Positions 11,757-24,131 of a stretch of 64,000 bases of DNA are shown piece by piece. The DNA is from Neophaeotheca triangularis (lineage: Eukaryota). The notes under the pieces are model-generated. The model searched no databases, was not told the DNA's origin, and saw only the letters and a program-made list of their open reading frames with translations. A program made the translations under genes and the position numbers. Location of the stretch: assembly GCA_054600435.1 (NCBI GenBank), contig BAAIJX010000018.1, positions 62,001-126,000 on the forward strand. The letters run 5' to 3'. Each line of letters starts with the position of its first letter. The first letter of the stretch is position 1.

Positions 11757-12207
11757 CTAATCCTGCTCCTCGTCGTCTGCCGCCTTCTTCTCCTTGCCCT
11801 TCTTGGTCTTTTTGGTAGCTTTGATCGCCGGCTCAACGTCTCCCTCCGCATCCTCATCATCGCCAGGCTGCTTGCGCTTGCGGCCTTTGCCCTTGCCCTT
11901 GCCGCCTTTGGCGGGGCCCTTGGTGGTCTCCTCGGTCGCCGCGGCGGTGCTGGCTCCAGTGGCTCCGTCTCCCACCTCCTTGCGCAGTTTCTTGAGGTAG
12001 CGTTGCCTATTTTGGAGATACACGATCAGGATGAGTAATTAATTAGTAGTGAAGAGAAGTATGGACTTACGAGACACTTGAGTGTGAGTATTCAGTACCC
12101 ATGCGCTTGGCAGCCTCTTGGTAGTGGGCCGTGGTGAGCTTCACACCGCATACATCGAGAAGGTGAAGCAGGAGAGCTCTATCGGTTTCGGCTGTCCAGT
12201 TGACCAT
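11757..12207 (-). CDS. Small Myb/SANT-like domain protein D (~128 aa)
   Basis: Exon 1 (12207-12071) MVNWTAETDRALLLHLLDVCGVKLTTAHYQEAAKRMGTEYSHSSVS. Intron 12070-12007 (GTAAGT...TAG). Exon 2 QRYLKKLRKE...GRKRK...EQD*. Confidence 0.85.
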
Positions 12208-12660
12208 GATGGCGGATTGCTTGGTGGAGGTTTGGTCGATGATGTAGAGATGGGGGAGAATGGCGGAGCGAAGAAGTTGTGAAAGCCGACTGGTCGACGG
12301 AAACACTTGGAAAGTTAGCAACCCAGTGGTTCACTCAACAGCGAGAGAAAGCTTGGACCCACATAATTTACACGTGCGTCCTCCTCACTCGGACGCCTGT
12401 GAAGCCTGGCATCCGAATTAGTGGAGCAGTGAACGCTCTGATAAACAAGTGTGCTTCTTGCATTCCAAGTGCCTCCGATTGGGATGCTGGAAGGAAGACT
12501 ACATTCATGCCGCCAATCTCGATATCTCCTCTTCTCCGCGTCGAACGATACCAAAACAAGGGAACCACTCTTCGCCGCGAAGACCAACACACCAGTAGGG
12601 AGAAGACCAATGCTAGGCCGGAAGGAAGGATGTAATGCTGTTGTCTTCTTCTTACTGGCC

Positions 12661-14112
12661 CTATCCGCCGTTCTGCTTCCCATCCTTCTCCTTGGGGTAC
12701 TCTTCACGATAACCAGCCGCTCGATTTGCCCTTGATCTTTTGGCAGACTTCTGAGGCGTGCTTCCCACCCGTCGAGCGCACAGCTTCTCATACAGTTTAC
12801 CTGGCACCCTCAGCGGCACCACAACAATCGAACAGACCATTTGGAACGGCCACGCGACCAGTTCGGTTGCCGTACCCATCACGTTCGACAAGACACCCCG
12901 CCTTTGGCTCGACTGTGCAGCAACGGCGGCTAGCGACAGAGCATCTTGAAGTCGGGATTCCAGGTTCTGCAGACGCTGCTCGGTAAGCATCACCATCGTC
13001 GTCGATCGTTTCTCGTAGCGTCGCACCGCGCGCTCCAGCCCATCGAGCCGAGGTTCGTACCGTTTTCGTACCTCAGCTGAAAGGTCGGATAGCTCGGCCT
13101 TTTGTGCAACAGTGGCGCCCGCAGGAGCGGCAGTGTAGTCCGCGACCTTTGCTTCCAAGCCTGCCAGTTTCGCATTCAAGTCTGCTACCAATTCATCGGA
13201 AAGTTGAGCAGCAGGTTGGGAGTCTACACCAGATGCTACGCGCTGGAGATGTAGTGTGCGTGCGGAGACAAGTTTTACAAGCTGCCTCACCGGGCGAAAG
13301 AGGGCGGCCAGCAGAAAGATGGTGAGATTGTAATCGGAGACGAGGGTAGACGGGCCGCGCGACAGTTGAGATCTTAGCAGATGTAAGCCGTACGCGGCTA
13401 TCATGGGCATGATGAAAGTTGCTGCGAACGCGAGTCTCTCCCGACCACGCAACTCTGCTGCTGCCTCTTCCCGAGCTTGCTTGTCTTCTGCCCCTGTGAT
13501 ATTGTCTTTCTCGCTTTCGGTTGCCGACACCTCCTCGTAAGAAGACCCAGCAGTGTCCAACGCAGCATCATCTTCATCCAACCTTTCGGGTATGATATCG
13601 CGGCTTGTTCTCTTTCTGGGTCGAGCATCTTTTCTGATAGCTTGCGCTGCATAGTACCAATCCCATGGTAGCCTCACGCTCCAGTTCAGGAAGACTGCCG
13701 CTAGACCCAAGAGTAGCACATCGGTGACGAAAGCCGAACCATTGTTGAAGATCAGCCCTCCGACCGCTGGCAGAACGGCAAAGATCAAAGGCGAAGAATG
13801 CCAATGTGTGGGTTCGGAGAGGTCGTCGATGGATGCAGACCGCGCGGGACCTGAGCCCGGGTTCAGGACATCGCCTGCAAACGAGTGGGTGGCATCGTCA
13901 AGGCTGGAGAAGGAGAGAATAGACGATCGACGGCGTCCGAGACTAGGGACACGCTCTTGACTGGTTCTCGGAGACGTGTCCTGTGGGTTCCTGTTGGATT
14001 GCCGGGACGACAAGCGGTGCCTGAACTGCGGCCGGTTTTGGTGCGATGCAGATGTTGAGCTGGCAGCTCTTCCCGTCGTCGTCGGCGGGGGCTCTGCATC
14101 AGCAATCTCCAT
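12661..14112 (-). CDS. Uncharacterised fungal membrane protein with C-terminal coiled coil
   Basis: 483-aa intronless ORF with hydrophobic segments (HWHSSPLIFAVLPAVGGLIF, VLLLGLAAVFLNWSVRLPWDWY, YNLTIFLLAALFRP) and a heptad-like region LDGLERAVRRYEKR...RLQNLESRLQD. Confidence 0.8.
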   Translation of the reverse strand: MEIADAEPPPTTTGRAASSTSASHQNRPQFRHRLSSRQSNRNPQDTSPRTSQERVPSLGRRRSSILSFSSLDDATHSFAGDVLNPGSGPARSASIDDLSEPTHWHSSPLIFAVLPAVGGLIFNNGSAFVTDVLLLGLAAVFLNWSVRLPWDWYYAAQAIRKDARPRKRTSRDIIPERLDEDDAALDTAGSSYEEVSATESEKDNITGAEDKQAREEAAAELRGRERLAFAATFIMPMIAAYGLHLLRSQLSRGPSTLVSDYNLTIFLLAALFRPVRQLVKLVSARTLHLQRVASGVDSQPAAQLSDELVADLNAKLAGLEAKVADYTAAPAGATVAQKAELSDLSAEVRKRYEPRLDGLERAVRRYEKRSTTMVMLTEQRLQNLESRLQDALSLAAVAAQSSQRRGVLSNVMGTATELVAWPFQMVCSIVVVPLRVPGKLYEKLCARRVGSTPQKSAKRSRANRAAGYREEYPKEKDGKQNGG

Positions 14113-15073
14113 GATTCAGAAGCTGTGGTAAGGGTGGTGATAGGGGCAGAGGAATTACTATATCAAAGGACGTCGGCGGTCTTTGGTTGACCAATGTAGC
14201 TACCTGCTACATCATCTCCACGGTTGAGGAAGAAGGTTCGGTCCTTAGCAAACAATCGGCGCGAAGGCAATCGCTTCCAACTCGTAATTCGCTCGATATT
14301 CCCCTCGTTCCCGGTACTATGTAGGCGTGATGCTGCTTGATGGAGCAGCGCAGTCGTTAGAAAAGTAACGCGAACGAACGACGTGACGTCTCGATAAAAA
14401 GTGGGGCCGAGCCGAGCACGCATCTGGAGCGTGTGCAGCTGCACGATATGTTTCTCACGCCTTTGTACGCTACTTGGAGTCTACTTGAGGCGGTCGGTTC
14501 CTGCAAGTGAAGTACATGTGGCATCGACAGGGAGGTACACTCTCATTTTAACATTGGCGACTTGCAGCACGCATCAAAGGTCGTGTGCCCGCTGCCTGAG
14601 GCATGTCGTGGAAGAGGGTATCGTTTCGTCAAACTCTGTCTAAGGTAGACTACAAAAGAAAAAAGAACAATGCAATACGCTAAATGCAACGGACATTTTT
14701 CTTTAAATCACCGCCCCGACCACCGCTCGCTAGCTCGTCCCCATCGCCGTACCCTGGAAATTGAAAACCGAAAGCTGAAACCGTTATGAGCCGAGAAGAA
14801 AGTACAGCCGTGGTCGTTCGTGGCTACGCATGCTGTTCCTTAGGCCGCTTGTGCAGACCTGCCGCCCAACGCAATGGCTTCACGCGCTTGCGCAGCGACT
14901 AACCCTTGCTGTCGAGCAGTTCGAAAGGCGGAAACATGTACAAAGCCGATGGAAATGGCCAGAGTCGTGAGCTACCGGACGTTCATTGTAAATCCACAAA
15001 GTCGAAGAGGAGAAGAGCAAAATCCGAGAAAAGAGCTCCCTGGTCCTCGTGACGCGATCAAGTGCTTCTGCCA

Positions 15074-16525
15074 TTACGAATGCCGTCGTTTCCGTTTCGT
15101 CTTTTTCATCGCCCTGCCGCTTGGACTCACGCCTTCCGAGTGGCTAGGCGCAGTTTCGTCAGAACCTCTGCGGTCAGCGTCGTCGTCGCCATCATCACTT
15201 TCGTCAGCGGGGCTGCTTGATCGGTCCCTGGCAGCCCTACTCTTGCCCTTCCTCGCTTCAGAACCCTTTTTAACCCCAACATTGAGTCCCTGCCGCCGCA
15301 GAGCTTTCAAGAGGGCGCTCGAGGCACGCATGCCGGGAAAGTCTTTCGCTGTATACACAGAAAAACAATCTGTCACAATCGAAGCGACTGAGCCGTGGAC
15401 AGTGCCTGGTTCAATATTCGTGGGATCGACGCGCAGCAGCTTGAAGCGCAGTCTATATTTGCCTACTTGCCTGCAGCTAAGATCGGGGAACACGAAGAAA
15501 GTCCCCGCGGTATTCTTCTCATCTTTGGCCTGATACGGTGATGCGACCAACGTGCCCATTAGCCTTCGGGTCGTCTGATGGCCTGGCTGCTCCGGTTGGG
15601 TTTCAGTCTCGTCTTTCATGTCCGGGCTCAGAAGCGTGCAATGGAGAGCCAGCATGGCATTGAGGTCCTGTTCTGGCCTGCCAGTATTCTTGTCCGTTAT
15701 TTTGAGCTCGAGAATTGGTGGAGGGTCAATGACGCGACGATCCCGCTCGCCATAACCACACGCTCTGGCCGCCATGGGCTGTTGTCTTATGCTAAGCTCG
15801 TAATTGTATGGCGGAGGCTGGCTTATGCGTGGCTGCCGTGGAGCCTGCAAGGCGCTCATTGGGGCGACCGAGCTTCGGGGCGAAGGCTCGCTGTAAACAT
15901 CATAGTGGCTAGCGGTAGATGAGTAGGAGGTCGGTGCTGGGCTGAAGTGCGCTCGGTCGCCGTACTCGGCGTTTGTGGATGGGTAGCTCGAATAAGCATG
16001 CGCAGGCCGAGGATCATTCGGATGGTGCGGCTGCAGAGACCGTATAGCCGCTCCAGTATGACCGTGGGATAGGAAGGCTGTGTTAGTTGGCGCGGACTGC
16101 CTTGACGATTGCGGAGCTGTCCGGACGCCAGCTGGAGATATTCCGTACGTAGTCGTCTCTTGATGACGACTCTGTTGTGTTGGTGGTCTCTGGTGTGACC
16201 TTTGAGGCGATTGTGGAGCAGCAGACAGCAATTGAGATATCGGCAGCGACCCGCTTGTGCGAGTCCTAGAAGATGGGGTCGTTGCTTCAGACGTTCTCAT
16301 GGGTGGAAGCTGCATTGGAGGTAGCGCGCCCCTACTGAAATGGGCCTGCTGGCCAGAAGACAAACTTTGAAGAGGCGGCAGCTGAGGTCCAGGCTCAGGG
16401 TGGATAATTGTCCTGGTAGAGCCATGGGAAGTTGGAAAAGACGGCGGTCTGTGTACTTGAGCCATTGCGCCGGCAGCGGTGGCGAAGTGTGGTTGGATAG
16501 GCGAGGGAGGGTTCGACCTAGACAT
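15074..16525 (-). CDS. velC: Velvet-domain regulator, VelC-like architecture
   Basis: YELSIRQQPMAARACGYGERDRRVIDPPPILEL, FFVFPDLSCR, FSVYTAKDFPGMRASSALLKALRRQG. The velvet domain is C-terminal, after a long P/S-rich disordered region, as in VelC. The subtype call is less certain than the family. Confidence 0.85.
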   Translation of the reverse strand: MSRSNPPSPIQPHFATAAGAMAQVHRPPSFPTSHGSTRTIIHPEPGPQLPPLQSLSSGQQAHFSRGALPPMQLPPMRTSEATTPSSRTRTSGSLPISQLLSAAPQSPQRSHQRPPTQQSRHQETTTYGISPAGVRTAPQSSRQSAPTNTAFLSHGHTGAAIRSLQPHHPNDPRPAHAYSSYPSTNAEYGDRAHFSPAPTSYSSTASHYDVYSEPSPRSSVAPMSALQAPRQPRISQPPPYNYELSIRQQPMAARACGYGERDRRVIDPPPILELKITDKNTGRPEQDLNAMLALHCTLLSPDMKDETETQPEQPGHQTTRRLMGTLVASPYQAKDEKNTAGTFFVFPDLSCRQVGKYRLRFKLLRVDPTNIEPGTVHGSVASIVTDCFSVYTAKDFPGMRASSALLKALRRQGLNVGVKKGSEARKGKSRAARDRSSSPADESDDGDDDADRRGSDETAPSHSEGVSPSGRAMKKTKRKRRHS

Positions 16526-19500
16526 CAGTCACACTGCCCGTCGTCAAAATTCCGGGTAGACCGCATCCACTGTGACACCGTAACAACCAAAGCCCAGTCG
16601 CGAAGGAAAGTCCGACAAGCGTGATAGACTGTATTCTAGGAGGCGCGCAGTGGCGCGCTGATCTTTGGTGCGTTCCAAAGAATCTGGGATCTGAAGTCGC
16701 AGACCCAAGTGTCCCTGATCTGAAGGTGTATCCTCCTGATACCTTGGAACGACACACCAGAATGCGTAAGTGACGACCGGCTCCAGGGGCTTCGGCGTGA
16801 GGGCTAGTCGACCGTGGGTGCGCTCCGTGGAATGCAATGACGGCGAGTGCTGGTGCTCGGTGAGTGATGAGAAAGCTGGGATTACGGGCTGAACAGCAGG
16901 TTGATTAGGCCAGTTGAAAGCAAGGTTGGAATAAGGCGGTCAAACAAAAAGCCAGGGCGGTCGGACGAGAGGCAGTAGTTGTAGTAGTTGTAGTAGTAGT
17001 GGTGATGATGGTATAGGCGCACATGGGGCACTGGGCGGCACAAGAGACGCGAGAAGGCGGCAACGATGCTTGCTAGATAACCATCTTTCGCGGAGACGGA
17101 GAGACAAGCAGGGGGCGCTCAAGGATGGGTGAGGTTCAAAAGGAGGAGTGAAAGCCGGTCGTAGGAGGTTTCGTAGGGGGCAGAGTAATAGTAGTGCAGG
17201 ACGAATAATGGCAAGGATTACGGACCCATGCACGAACAGCAAGTAGCGGCACTGGGGGTTGTAGAGACTAGAGTTAGACTGGAGGCCGTGGTAACTTGAG
17301 GTCACTTTAGGTAGGTGGGTAGTGTGGAGAGGAGGCACGGAAGACCTTTCGTCTTTTGCCTGCCCACAGACGGCGCTAGGCCGGCAGGATGAGTTGATGG
17401 AAACGTAGACCTGCAGCTTTTGCGCTCGTCGGCGCAGGTGAAATGCCCTGTTTCTCGGTAGCGAATAAAAACGTCTTGCAGGTTCGGCAAGCCGCAGGGC
17501 GACGGAATCGTCACTATTAGGTACCTAGGTAGGTAGGTAAAGTAGGAGAAGTCATGGTAGGTAGGTAGTAGTGGCATAGGTGGCAGTACCAAGCAGTACC
17601 ATGTACTAGCTATGTACCTACTATATACTGCTTGGGTAGTCCCTAGCAGGTACAGGTACAAACTCTACATTTAGTGTGCATAGTTTGACTTAGGGTATCT
17701 TTGCCAACACCCGACGATACCTACCTATACCTACCTACCTACAGTAGAACTTTGCCCGCGGTATGCTACAGACGAGTGGAGCCATACGGCAACGGTAGGA
17801 GGTAGAACGTGGGCCATCCATCAGTACCACGTCCCCTCGGTACTATACTGATATACCTACCTTGCAAAACTAGCAAGCTACTACTACTACTACTCCCGCC
17901 GACTTTAGATTGGCTTGCATATCACCCCCTTCGCTCCTATGAAAGAGTGACCGGGAAACAGGGATCCGAGTCAGCCACCTCGTGACAAGTCTGCGCACCA
18001 CAGGTGGCACATGTGTGACCGTATACAGAGCTGAACGGGATGCAGAGCACTACTCATGCATCTACGCGAGCACGTAGCCGCTACCGTGGCTGCTATCTCG
18101 CAAGAACCCGGTTGATGGGGTGAAGAGGTGACCTGGCCATTCCAAGGTTATTGGTATTGGGCAATAATGATGATGCCGCGGAATGTCCACCTCTATCTAC
18201 CTGTACTTTGCCCTAACCACCAGCCGGTCAAGTGGTAACTCGATGATATTATTACCCGACAGCCTCGACACCAGGTTTGCCAGGATCTTCCCACCCCCCA
18301 TTTCGGAACAGACATGGACAGACATACCGACACCGAGGTTAATCACCGAGACAATCGCCGGAGGTGTCACGCAACGGGAAACACCGGTTGCAAATGCAAG
18401 CGCCCAAAATCAATTTCTCGACCCTTGCAATCATAATGCCTGCCCTGCGGAGGTACAGGAGCCTACCGAACGCACCAGCATGCACGACTACGACTGCGTC
18501 GCTAATTGCCCGTGCCACCGAATTTATGGGACCGTTCCTACCTATACCACGCGACAAACAAGGGTAACCGACTGACCGGCCTTTAGCGGCAACAGCTTGT
18601 ACAGCTTGAGCCTTGAACCCACTTTGCCCACCACTACTACTCAGTATAAGTCGCAATAGCGGTATACTGTCTAGTACCAAAGTCCTGATCTGCCTCTTAA
18701 CACTGTGTTTATCACAGTCTCTACTACTTGTGTACACCTAGTATGCTTTAGGGCAATGAATTATCGGATATAGGTACCTTGTAGAAACGCGTTGGGTTGA
18801 CGAAAACTAATCGTCGCTCAAAGACCACTGTATGATCTAAGCCTCGAATGCGACCGAGCCTGGCTTTTCTTTTCTTTTTCTAACCGAACGCTCCCTCAGT
18901 CAATCTTACCGACAGTTGCCTTACCATTTAAAGTAATGCTTTACGGCCAATTGAACCAGGCCAGGCATATAGATGGGTACTCAACACCCACCTGGGTAGT
19001 GATAGGAGGTGTAGTACCTTGGCATACCTCTTCCGATTCGACTAGGGAACATGGGTGTTAGCGCCTGATGCCAAGCTTTGAAACAGAATCCCGGGTTTTG
19101 GGGTCGCAGTAGTCACGGACACACGGATGTATAAATTGGCCAGCCACAGCCGCGACTACCGTCAGTCTTACCCGGAAGCAGGAAAGGTCCTAAGGTTCGA
19201 CGAGTAACTAGTACGACCGGAGGCCAGATTCTTTCAAGACCGCTAGCCACTCAGAGGATAGACATTTTGGGGATAGTGGCACGACTGGTCTTCAGGAAGT
19301 CATCTAGGCGGTCTGCAGCCAACGAACCGGAGAAGACAGCTACGCTGCCTCCATTAGCCGGCGGCTAATATTCAAAGCCATTGTCATCGATCAATCGCTT
19401 GCTTTACGGTACAGTGGATGCGCGTAAGGGCGTCGATTCGTTTAGCAAGCAATACAGTACTTCACCGACTTGGTGTGGAAGACACAAGATGGCCCTCCCT

Positions 19501-21501
19501 TACCGACTATCTCCCACCCGACTCCATTCCCTCATGGTATTCCCCGATGGCGGGACTAGAGTCCAGAAACGCTTTCAACTTGCAACAGCCGACGCAAGAG
19601 AGGAGGTAAGGTATACTGGCCCATGCCAAGCATCATACCTATTCAATCCCCTACATCATCCATGCGACAACGTCCAAGGTTAGGCAAATACAAGTGCCTA
19701 GGTCAGGTAAGGTTGGTAGGGTTTGGTAGTCGACAGCGGGCCCCACTTTGACAGACACGTGGCTTTCCCGCTGGCGCCCACCGTGAACGAACGTTGGCCC
19801 GAGAGCGGACTGGGGAGACCTCATGTCGGTTAGTACAGTAGGTAATAATACTCCAGCTTCATAGTGCTAGTAGTTTCAGCGCCTACCTATTTAACATGTA
19901 GGTGGTTCTGGTAATTCTCCGAGACAAACGTCAAAATAATCAATACCCTGGGAAGGCCTTCGCACGGTCGATGGGACAACGAGCAGACGTCTCACGCCGT
20001 AACAATAATGCTTCACATCATGCAGCGCAGCCAACTCCCGAGGCATACCCGAGGCTACCACCGACAAGCTACAGCAATAATAATGCACATGAAAGTATAC
20101 CTAGCTGCGAGACCTCACCGATGCCATGGTCCGTACCTTCGTAGCGTCAGGGTGCAGCTCGCCACTTTGGGAATCGGTTTCTGCACCAAGGCCTCCCGAG
20201 TCCCTCCCCCTAGTTTGGTTTCGACGCCTTACTTCGCTGGGGTGGTCTGTACGCATGAGGCATGCAGAGAGGTATAAGTCGAAAAATGCGACCAACACGC
20301 AGTGGGAGAAAATTCGGTGACACGGTCCAAAACCAGTACCAACCTCCATCAAAGACTGAGCATGTATCGAGCAAAAGCTTGTAGCCGATGTGCAGCAACA
20401 GGGCCAGTCCACATGCACGCGATCTTTCATCTTCAGCGAGTTGCAGAGAGCCCAGCTTCTCCCGAGCAGCAGATCTACAACACTTGACATGCAAGTCTGT
20501 ACTGCAGCGTCCAACAAAATACCCGCATCCCACCACCAGGCTGCACGAGAACTTCGGTTCGTCACCAAACTCGATCCCAGTAACCCTAGCGGGTACTCGC
20601 TTTGACAGCAAGGTAGCACGAATGGCATTGACGGTGACGGAGTCAATTACGGCTTCGTGCATCGAGTGATGCTCGGTCGGCGACGAGGGACAGGTTTGCT
20701 GCCCTGGCGCCCGGGGGGTCTGCGAAATGGGCAACGTTGAGCGACGGTTGAATTCGCTTTGCTCGGTACCGATATGTGTGTCTCAGACTCTTGCTCCACT
20801 ACTGTTGACGCTCAAGGTGTGTTACGTGTGTAGACAGTATAAATGGCTTTGGGCCTGCCGAGGTTGGGGAGAATCCTTGCGGGTTACCTCAGGTACGTAT
20901 CGCCTCGACTCACCACGCTCGTCGGCTTTGCAAATTGCGCCTGAGGCTGTGCCTACGTCTTCTTCGTAGAGAGTGTTCCTCTTGGACCTGATCTGTAAGC
21001 GGTTCCTCGCGTCGAGGCACCCGTGGCTGATCATCTGAGACCGAGGCCTTGGTGACGATGGCAGGCTACCTAAAGGACATACGCTAGAAGCAGACTCGCA
21101 GGGTGGGCCGCTCAAGAAGTGCTCGACTGCCTTCTGGGACGCGATTGGCTGAGAGGTAGTCAATTATGGTCGGTGAGCTCGCTGGTTAGACGTGGAAGGA
21201 GCAAAGAACGTAGGTAGGCTCAATACGAAGCTAGGTACTTAGTGTCGCTTTTTCCAAATAGGTCGCTCGCTCTGTCTTTCCCAAGTAGCCGTCTTGTTCC
21301 AAGTCCTCTCGTCTCCACAGTCAAGACTACCTACCCATTGCACCGGCTCCCGCGGCCGGTCTACCAGCGCTTCTGCGCAAGCTCACACTCCAACATTCAG
21401 TCTTCACTCCCACCAACGCCTCAGCAATGCACCTTACCCAGAACGCCCAAATGCCAAACCATTGTTTCGGCACGCAGCCAAGCTTGACCGCAGATCGGCC
21501 A

Positions 21502-23509
21502 TCAGGCTGCTGGGGTGCCTCCATTCGCCAGGCTCATACCGTTCGCAGGACCTCCTGCCAACTTAACACCATCCATCTCCTCAGTTAAACCATTCATCGC
21601 GACAGCGTGCTTGTGTGCCTCGGCCTGTGCTTGCTGCGTAACTTGATCCAGAATGCCCGCGCTCGCGGCGATGAAGCCCAGGTAAGGCTGGCTGGGATGC
21701 AGCACTCTCGACAAGTACTCCGGGTGAAATTGCACACCAACGAACCAAGGATGGTCCTTGAGCTCAATAACCTCCATTCTTACACCGGTCTCGTCCTTGC
21801 CGATGAAAGAAAGACCCTTGCCTTCGAGTTGCGAGATGTAGGCCGGGTTGACTTCGTATCGGTGGCGGTGCCTTTCCTCGATCGATTCGCTTTCCATACC
21901 GTAAAGAGCCCGCAGGCGACTCCATTCGCTGCCTTCTTGCCAGATTGTCGGTCGCAGCCCTAATCTCATTGTACCCCCGAGCTTCCCTGGGTGATGTTCT
22001 GGCATGCTGATAATAAGGCGGTCCTCGTCGGCACTATCGACCTCGAAGGACGTCGCCTGGGGCTTGGGGATACCGCATACGGAGCGCGCAAATTCGATGA
22101 CCGCGATTTGCATTCCCAAGCAGATGCCGAGGTATGGTGTGCCGTTCTCACGTGCCCAGCAGGCTGCTGATATCATTCCTTCGGTTCCTCGAGCACCAAA
22201 ACCTCCGGGCACCAAGATGCCAGTTGCTGTGCAGACATCACGCCATGCTTGAATAATAGTTAGTAAGCGTGTTCAGGGGGATATCAGAAGAGGAAGCATA
22301 CCCTGGTGGTAGGAAGCTGGATCCTTGCGCTCCATCTGCCTTTCGAGAGCCTCTGCATCAACAAAGTGTAGTTTGAGCTTTCGTCTGCACCTCATCGCAG
22401 CGTGCTCCAAGCTCTTGATGACCGATAGATAGGAATCGGGGCATTCCAAATACTTTCCTACAAGTACAATGTGCACCTCCTCGAAAATGTGCTCTAGACC
22501 CAGGGTCAGATCCCTCCATGTCTTCCAGATGTACTTTCCTTTTTCAAGCAAAGCAGGTGCGATCTTCAGCGCGTCGAGGCGGAGTTGTGCAGTGAGCAAA
22601 GGCACCAGGTTCTGCTCAGACAGCAAGATGGGAACTTGGTATGTGCTGGGCATGTCCCTCACAGCCAGAACGGAGGGCAACGGGACCTGGCAGAAGCGCG
22701 CGATCTTGTCCATGGCTCCAACGTCGAGCGGTTTTTCGCACCGACAGGCGATCAAATCCGGTACCAGACCGGCGCTTCGCACAGCCTTGATGGCCATCTG
22801 CGTTGGCTTTGTCTTTTGCTCGCCATGCACCACAGGAACGTACGAGACATGCACTTGCATGAAGTCGTCGCGACCCACGTTGCGCCGGAGCTCACACATG
22901 GCCTCGACGAACGGCATGCTTTCGATGTCGCCAACAGTCCCTCCCAGCTCAATAATACACACGTCCGGCTCTTCTCCAGTGTCGTCGACCGGGATCTTGG
23001 CCACCCTCTTCACCCACTCCTCAATAGCGCCTGTGATGTGCGGCACAACTTGCACGGTGTGGCCCAAGTAGTCTCCCCTCCTCTCCCGGTCAATGACATG
23101 TTGGTAGATCTTGCCGGTTGTGATGTTGTTCTCGCGGGTCAAGGTGATGTTGAGATAGCGCTCGTAGTTTCCCAGGTCGAGGTCGACCTCACCACCGTCG
23201 TCCAAAACGAAGACTTCACCGTGCTCCTTTGGGTTCATAGTACCAGCGTCGACGTTGAGGTAGGGATCGATCTTGATGGAGGAAACCTTGAGACCGATGG
23301 TTTTGAGGAGCAGGCCGACAGAAGAGGCTTGTGTCATGTGAGCCAGAAGAACGAAGCGGATTGTGAGGCTCCATGTCTTCCATACCGATAATGCCCTTTC
23401 CCACGCCGCTGATCACGCCTATTGCGAATGCACGTTAGCTGTTGCTGCAGCACAAGTGCAGTAAGGGTTGGGCGGGGAACGCACCTCCGGATACCAAGAC
23501 GTACTTCAT
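21502..23509 (-). CDS. URA7: CTP synthase, 4 exons
   Basis: MKYVLVSGG|VISGVGKGII|ASSVG...KIDPYLNVDAGTM, GEVFVLDDGGEVDLDLGNYER; glutaminase GICLGMQ, RHRHRYEVN, QFHPE. Introns 23484-23419, 23385-23328, 22301-22248. Confidence 0.97.
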
Positions 23510-24131
23510 CTTGACTGCGAGTGATGAACCGTATGGCTGCCTCAGCTCCGAACTGGAGAGGGGAGAGGAGGGAAGGGGAAGAAACGAGGGAGAGAGAAAG
23601 GAATGTTGTATGTTAGCCAAACCCGCCTGACTCGACGGCTTCACAAGCTTTTTTTGAGAGAACCTCTTTCGACGCGCAGCGCCCTAAGCACTTCGAGGAC
23701 AGACGCGGTCTATCGATAAGATCTGAGATCAAGATAAGATACGGTGTCTGATGAGAATCCGGATGCCATTGCAACCACAGAGCCCGTGGAATCAACCACA
23801 GTTGGATAGATTCTCGTACTTTCTCTGTAAACTGAGCGGTCTGTAACGACACTCATTCACTACTAACGCAAAGCTATCCCAAAGCTACTTATGGTCAATC
23901 ACCGAAAACCATCTCCCGTCGGGTAAGGTAATGTATAGATCCAAAGTACGTGGAAGTGCAGATCATTGCATCACCACGCGAAGTGGAGAAGTGAAAGGTA
24001 CTGGCAAGCTGGGTAGGAGGTACGAAGGCAGGTAACAAACACGACCCGTTCTTTCATTTCCCTGCCTGCCTTCATCTATCCTCCCTCTTTTCCCAACTTT
24101 GGAAGACAACAGACGAGAAGCGGCTATAATC

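Noticed and set aside
16864..16892. GTGATGA...CTGA resembling C/D boxes
   Set aside because: Spacing of about 20 nt is too short for a snoRNA and there is no terminal stem.
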